Source: a virus (Duplodnaviria; Caudoviricetes). From it: a DNA stretch of 31,612 nt. Below are positions 27,412-31,612 of this stretch, piece after piece. The stretch is from positions 1 through 31,612 of the IMG/VR virus record IMGVR_UViG_3300034190_003036. One strand, written 5' to 3'. Positions within the stretch are counted from its first letter, which is position 1; every line of letters begins with the position of its first letter. The notes below the pieces were generated by a model. That model saw only the letters and a program-made list of their open reading frames with translations, was not told the DNA's origin and did no database searches. The position numbers and the translations under genes are program-made.

Positions 27412-27602
27412 CCCTTTCTCACGCATCTCTGAGAACTCATTACGTTCTCAACTTTCAACTGATGCAGCATCATAACTGGTCACTTGAAGAAATAGAATCT
27501 ATGATGCCATGGGAAAGGGAAGTTTATATTCTTCAATTGCAAAAATGGTTAGAAGATGAAAAGAAAAGAATTGAAGCAAGAAACTCTCGTATGAAACGAT
27601 AA
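27399..27602 (+). CDS. gp51: gp51-like baseplate hub assembly segment (frameshift extension of gp26, or 46-aa ORF from ATG 27462)
   Basis: Manual translation FFQLTLSHASLRTHYVLNFQLMQHHNWSLEEIESMMPWEREVYILQLQKWLEDEKKRIEARNSRMKR*, matching the NF.LMQHH.YSL.E.E.M.PWEREVY motif; absent from ORF track; TAATG overlap with next gene. Confidence 0.85.
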   Translation, partial: FFQLTLSHASLRTHYVLNFQLMQHHNWSLEEIESMMPWEREVYILQLQKWLEDEKKRIEARNSRMKR

Positions 27603-29659
27603 TGGCAAAAAAGGTAAAAAAGTCTACATTTAAAATACACGCCTTTGTAGAACTAGGTGAGGGACGTATCAGTGCTGAAAACGCTGGTTTGTTTGATGAC
27701 TTACTTGTTGTTGATAGCGTAAGACGTTTTGATGAGGAAAAAAGTAAGGTTATTTTTAAAACAACCAAACCAATGTCAAGAAAACAAGTTGACGAAATCG
27801 CTCAACGTTTTCTTGATGCGGGTGATGTCATAGAGATTGAAAAAATCGTTGACACAAAAGATTCTGTATTAAAAAGAACAAGAGATATTATTAGAAAAGG
27901 TGTGAAAGAAAGTATTGTTGGTCAGTTTAGAGCAATACCAGGCGTATCTTCTTTTCTTGAGGCAAAAAAACAAAGAGCAGAAGAAGAAAAATTCAAGCCC
28001 CGTACACCCGATGATGAGGGTGAAGCAGACGCTGATGGTGTTGGAGGTGGAGCCGTAGGGAATATAGGTGAAATTTCTAATATTCTACAAGATGGATTTT
28101 CAACTACACTTGATGCGATGATAGATGAGATACTTCCTCCAATTGTTCACATTGATGAACTATTAACTGACTACTTTGCGGGATTACCCACATCAGCAGA
28201 GGAAGCAGAAGAGAGAAGAGAGGCTAAAAGATTATCGAAAAAAGAAAGTGACGATAGAGAGGATGAATTAACGGCAGCGATGGGACTTGCAGGCGCAGGC
28301 GATGGTGATAGTAACACACTCGTTGAGGCATTAGGAGACGCAGCAGGAAGTATACTGGAGGGAACTCTTGTTGATGACGCGATTGCTGCTAGAATCGCTA
28401 CCCGTGGACTTGGTAGGGGTGCTGCTGGTGCTGCTGCTAGGGGTGCTGCTGCTAGAGGTGCTGGTGCTGTCGCTGCTGGTGCTGCTGGAAGTGCTGCTGG
28501 AAGTGCGGCTGGTACTGCGGCATCTGCGGCTGGTGGTGCTGCTGCTGGATCAAGAGCCAGAGCAGCAGGCGCGGCAGTCAGAGCAGGTTTAACGTCATTC
28601 ATGACTTTGATGGGAACCTCTGTTGGTGCTGCATCAATCGCTACTGTTGCTGGAACCGTTCTCGCTGGAGCAGGAATAGGCTATATTTTAGGCACAGCAA
28701 TATTTGATAATGTAATCAGTCCTGCGATGGATAAAAAATTTGAAAGGGATCTTGCTCGGATGAACAGATCATCAGCAAGAAGCATGGGTGTTGCACAAAC
28801 AGAGACAGGCGAAGATGCATTTATAATAACTGATGAAACTGGTAAAGAAAGAATAGTGGGTCGTAGCGAAGTCACTGATGAAATGATTGAGTCTGGTGAG
28901 GCGCGAGCCGCAACGTTCTTTACTGATCCTAATACGGGTCAAAGAATAGGCGGTGCATTCGGTGAAACTGTTCAAACTGGTGATGTAGGACCATCCGTAG
29001 CAGAACAGGTTCAAGCAGAAGATCCAGCAGCAAGAGCATTATCAGCGAGATACATTACTCCTCTTCGTATTTTAGAGGGAAGAATGGCAGCGATTGCAGA
29101 TCAAATTGTAAATGAGTCGGACGAGGGAAAGAAAACACAACTCAAAGAAACTTTTAGGGATCTTGCAAAAGAGTATTATACTAAGGTCGAACAATTAGAA
29201 GATGATTCTCTAATTAAGAGAGACTTAGGACCAGATAGATTCAATCAAGAACTTGAAAATTTAAAATCAACCATGTTTTATAAAATGGGTGATAAGATGA
29301 CAGGTGGGTTTCTTGGTCTTGGAGCATCATTATCTCCTCGTATGGGTTTCGGTAGTTTTCATGAGGCGCTTCAAGAAATCGCTTCGGGTAATGTCGTTGG
29401 TGTTGATGATACAACCACTAGTTTAGGCGCAAATACTGGGGGGTCATTAACAACCACTGTTATAAATGCGAATAATGATGTTGAAAATGCTAGAGGATCT
29501 GAAACGACACAAAATAATAGTGTAGGTATGGTAAATAATACTCAGTCTAGTATAAACTCAGTTCAAAATACGACTGTTTCTGGAGCGTCCACTCAGACAC
29601 AAAACGGATCATTTAGAGCATCTGCATCTGAGTCGATGCGAGGACAACTGCTTGCGTAA
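27602..29659 (+). CDS. Probable tape measure / gp29-like protein
   Basis: Follows gp26-gp51; helical charged segments, Ala/Gly-rich tract, hydrophobic GAASIATVAGTVLAGAGIGYILGTAIF stretch, N/S/T-rich C-terminus. Assignment is by synteny and composition. Confidence 0.6.
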   Translation: MAKKVKKSTFKIHAFVELGEGRISAENAGLFDDLLVVDSVRRFDEEKSKVIFKTTKPMSRKQVDEIAQRFLDAGDVIEIEKIVDTKDSVLKRTRDIIRKGVKESIVGQFRAIPGVSSFLEAKKQRAEEEKFKPRTPDDEGEADADGVGGGAVGNIGEISNILQDGFSTTLDAMIDEILPPIVHIDELLTDYFAGLPTSAEEAEERREAKRLSKKESDDREDELTAAMGLAGAGDGDSNTLVEALGDAAGSILEGTLVDDAIAARIATRGLGRGAAGAAARGAAARGAGAVAAGAAGSAAGSAAGTAASAAGGAAAGSRARAAGAAVRAGLTSFMTLMGTSVGAASIATVAGTVLAGAGIGYILGTAIFDNVISPAMDKKFERDLARMNRSSARSMGVAQTETGEDAFIITDETGKERIVGRSEVTDEMIESGEARAATFFTDPNTGQRIGGAFGETVQTGDVGPSVAEQVQAEDPAARALSARYITPLRILEGRMAAIADQIVNESDEGKKTQLKETFRDLAKEYYTKVEQLEDDSLIKRDLGPDRFNQELENLKSTMFYKMGDKMTGGFLGLGASLSPRMGFGSFHEALQEIASGNVVGVDDTTTSLGANTGGSLTTTVINANNDVENARGSETTQNNSVGMVNNTQSSINSVQNTTVSGASTQTQNGSFRASASESMRGQLLA
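28412..28585 (+). repeat. Degenerate coding microrepeat (GGTGCTGCT / GCT) encoding an Ala-Gly-Arg tract
   Basis: ggtgctgctggtgctgctgctaggggtgctgctgctagaggtgct...ggaagtgctgctggaagtgcggct. Confidence 0.8.
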
Positions 29660-29660
29660 T

Positions 29661-29687
29661 AAAAAAGAGGGCCCCGAAGGGCCCTCT
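29661..29687 (-). terminator. Rho-independent terminator with C(UUCG)G tetraloop
   Basis: Minus strand AGAGGGCCC-TTCG-GGGCCCTCT followed by a T run, downstream of gp32, between convergent genes. Confidence 0.92.
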
Positions 29688-29709
29688 GAGAGAGAAGAAT
29701 AGCGTAGTA

Positions 29710-30597
29710 TCAACTATTCTCGTTCATCAAATCCTCAAAATAATCCATAGTGGATTGCTTATCACTTGAACCGCTCTCTGTTGAATCACTCACACTCTCG
29801 GAAGGTGTGGGTTGAACATCCTCAATCGTTTTCTCCTTTACAGGAGCAGAGGCGCGGATATCAGTACCAACGACTGCATCAAGTTTTTCTTTCAATTCAT
29901 CATATGACTTGAAAGTTTCAGGATTAACAAACTCTCCGAGTTTGTGTTGTTGATTCCAGACACGCTCCAAAGCGGAGTCATCACCCTCAAACAATTCTGT
30001 CGATGGAGCAAACTCAGACTTGTCGTAGTTTACATAACCACCAACTTTACGAATCTTCAATTTGAAGTCCGCACCACCCCAGAAGTCGAATGGGTTGAGC
30101 GGTTCTTCATCTTGAAACTCAGGTTGCATCGCTTCTTGGATCTTATTGAAGATCTTTGGACCAAAACGATAGAGGAAAACTTTACCCTCGTTATCAGGGT
30201 TTGCAGGATCAGAGACAACCATGATGTTAGACACATACCGTGTTTGACGCTTACGGGCGCGAGCGATATCTTTGTCAGACTCAACACCGCTGTTCCAAAG
30301 ACGACTGTTCATTTCAGAAACAGGATCTTTTTCATTCAGTGTCGTGCGAGACTTTTCGATGTACCAACCGCCTGGACCTTGGAAAGTATGCTCGTAATAC
30401 TTAGCCCACGGAAGTTCCTCTCCCTCACAAGCAGGAAGAAAACGAATCACTGCGTATCCGTTACCAGATTGATCTCGTTGAGGCATCCAGAAGCGATCAT
30501 CCTTGTAGGACTCCTTCTTATTCATTTGTTCTAACTTCGCAGTTAGATCCCCGATGCTACTCTTTGAACGCTTTTTAAAATCAGAAAATGAACCCAT
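29710..30597 (-). CDS. gp32: Single-stranded DNA-binding protein gp32
   Basis: DDRFW, GNGYAVIRFLP, H.FQGPGGWYIE, DPVSE, NEGKVFLY.FG.KIF.KI, NPFDFW.GADFKLKIRKV.GY.NYDKSEF, acidic tail. Confidence 0.97.
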   Translation of the reverse strand: MGSFSDFKKRSKSSIGDLTAKLEQMNKKESYKDDRFWMPQRDQSGNGYAVIRFLPACEGEELPWAKYYEHTFQGPGGWYIEKSRTTLNEKDPVSEMNSRLWNSGVESDKDIARARKRQTRYVSNIMVVSDPANPDNEGKVFLYRFGPKIFNKIQEAMQPEFQDEEPLNPFDFWGGADFKLKIRKVGGYVNYDKSEFAPSTELFEGDDSALERVWNQQHKLGEFVNPETFKSYDELKEKLDAVVGTDIRASAPVKEKTIEDVQPTPSESVSDSTESGSSDKQSTMDYFEDLMNENS

Positions 30598-30612
30598 ATT
30601 TTTATCCTTTCC

Positions 30613-30654
30613 GCGAGGAACTCCCCCGCACTAAACTTCGCGGGAACTCCCCGC
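30613..30654 (-). promoter_or_regulatory. Two tandem hairpins with identical GAGUU loops in the gp32 5' leader
   Basis: GCGGG-GAGTT-CCCGC (30654-30640) and GCGGGG-GAGTT-CCTCGC (30629-30613), GC-rich in an AT-rich gap, just upstream of the AAGGA SD. Confidence 0.75.
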
Positions 30655-30661
30655 TTCGATG

Positions 30662-30692
30662 TATTTATACCATAAACGAAAAACGATGTCAA
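30662..30692 (-). promoter_or_regulatory. Composite promoter for gp32: sigma70-type TTGACA-17-TATAAA overlapping late TATAAATA
   Basis: Minus strand TTGACA TCGTTTTTCGTTTATGG TATAAATA; perfect -35, 17-nt spacer, TG extension. Confidence 0.85.
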
Positions 30693-30693
30693 C

Positions 30694-30915
30694 TTAAAAA
30701 GGTAGTTTTGGTTTCTTTGAACGGATTAAGTTTAAGTCTCTGCCTTCTATTTCAAGTTTTTCTTTAATAGGCTTTGTAAGAAACTTACCTATTACCTCGA
30801 TGTCAATCTCGTTCTCTTCCGCCACTTTAACAACAGCGTCTATATAAGATGTCTTGAAGTTTCTTGCATGACTCTCGACTTTTTCCGATACGTCTTTTAA
30901 TTCTGGTATACCCAT
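30694..30915 (-). CDS. gp33: Late-promoter transcription coactivator gp33
   Basis: SYIDAVV..AEENEIDIE.I.K.L.KPIKEKL..E...LNL motif, 73 aa, LPF C-terminus, AAGGAG SD, adjacent to gp32. Confidence 0.9.
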   Translation of the reverse strand: MGIPELKDVSEKVESHARNFKTSYIDAVVKVAEENEIDIEVIGKFLTKPIKEKLEIEGRDLNLIRSKKPKLPF

Positions 30916-30933
30916 ATCAACTCCTTTTGTTGA

Positions 30934-30961
30934 ATTATAAGGTGTGTCAGATTCAGGTCAA
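30934..30961 (-). promoter_or_regulatory. Sigma70-type promoter for gp33 (TTGACC-16-TATAAT)
   Basis: Minus strand TTGACC TGAATCTGACACACCT TATAAT upstream of the SD. Confidence 0.7.
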
Positions 30962-31003
30962 CTATTTTTCCTATATATTTATGTTACTTACAGGAGATAT
31001 CAA

Positions 31004-31612
31004 ATGGGATTCGAACCATACCTAGCGTCAGGTCAAACAGGTGATAATGTTATTATTGGTGGTGCTACTTATACAATCGCAACTGACTTTGGTGCAGGTG
31101 GTGGAACAGGTTTTACAGGCGCACACGTTCAAATCGTGAAACCTGCTTGGGGTGATACTGATACAGTTAATCGTGTATCTAGGATTAAACCACTCCCCGT
31201 TCAAATCATGGGATCTTCGAACTCCCACACAGGGTATACGGGTGCGATTATCGATGCAGCATCCGAGGCTCTAAAAGTAACTGGTGGTGTTCGTCTTGAG
31301 AACGAAAGAATCAAGATCGGTGATATGGGTAATCATAACGCCAGAACAAACGTTACGGTTACATCTATAATTCAAGTTGTTGGTCCTACGTTTGGTAAGA
31401 GCGGTCCTACCGCTTACGGTCCTGGCAGAATCAGTGAAACGCACTTTGCTCCAGTGAAAGTTACTGGTAGCGTTCAAAGTGTGGGAGCAGACATGGTTCC
31501 GTTTAGCATCACCTTTGGTTCGAAGTCTGCAAAACCAGAGATTCGTAGTCTGTACGCTGGTCCTCTGGGTTACACGGGAGCAACTGGTTATAAATTAACA
31601 ACCGAAAACAGA
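31004..31612 (+). CDS. Gly/Thr-rich virion structural protein, partial (runs off right edge)
   Basis: Not in ORF track. AGGAG SD, ATG at 31004, open to window end: MGFEPYLASGQTGDNVIIGGATYTIATDFGAGGGTGFTGAHVQIVKPAWGDTDTVNRVSRIKPLPV...; CTATATA late-like element at 30971-30977. Confidence 0.8.
   Translation, partial: MGFEPYLASGQTGDNVIIGGATYTIATDFGAGGGTGFTGAHVQIVKPAWGDTDTVNRVSRIKPLPVQIMGSSNSHTGYTGAIIDAASEALKVTGGVRLENERIKIGDMGNHNARTNVTVTSIIQVVGPTFGKSGPTAYGPGRISETHFAPVKVTGSVQSVGADMVPFSITFGSKSAKPEIRSLYAGPLGYTGATGYKLTTENR

Noticed and set aside
28171-28602. Ala/Pro-rich antisense ORF and Leu/Val-rich alternate-frame ORF
   Set aside because: By-products of the GCT/GGT repeat in the tape-measure candidate.
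29944-30534. 196-aa plus-strand ORF antisense to gp32
   Set aside because: Wholly inside a conserved gene, no SD or recognisable motif; explained by codon bias.
30611-30656. CRISPR-like mini-array or terminator
   Set aside because: Only two 15-17 nt units with a 10-nt gap, no U-tract on the transcribed strand; lies downstream of a promoter, so better read as a leader structure.
1-31612. Stop-codon reassignment
   Set aside because: Recognisable genes are full length in the standard code with no in-frame TAG/TGA; TAA and TGA end genes normally.

Overview
Fragment of a large T4-like myovirus genome (standard genetic code, ~40% GC, almost fully coding) covering the tail/baseplate module and the gp33-gp32 block. 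Minus strand, right to left: gp48-like cap, gp53, a gp27-like hub apparently split into two genes around a 1177-aa acidic Cys-rich gene, gp25, gp6, gp7-like, gp8, a stand-alone DUF4815-type domain, two fibre/decoration proteins, a 378-aa collagen-like protein and a >1764-aa Cys-rich protein that runs off the left edge and is missing from the ORF track. Plus strand: gp4, a gp54/gp19-like tube protein, gp26, gp51 and a probable tape measure, converging on gp32 and gp33; a further structural gene runs off the right edge. Most unusual: (1) no gp5 spike or PAAR gene in the usual slot, with a Cys-rich module inside the split hub instead; (2) about 19 'GACC'-type Cys repeats in two virion proteins, resembling repeats I recall from Phycisphaerae (Planctomycetota) proteins; (3) a G-x-T(-G) micro-motif scattered through virion proteins, possibly a modification sequon; (4) a candidate -1 frameshift fusing gp26 to gp51; (5) twin hairpins in the gp32 leader. 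All family assignments come from motif recognition by eye; no searches were run.
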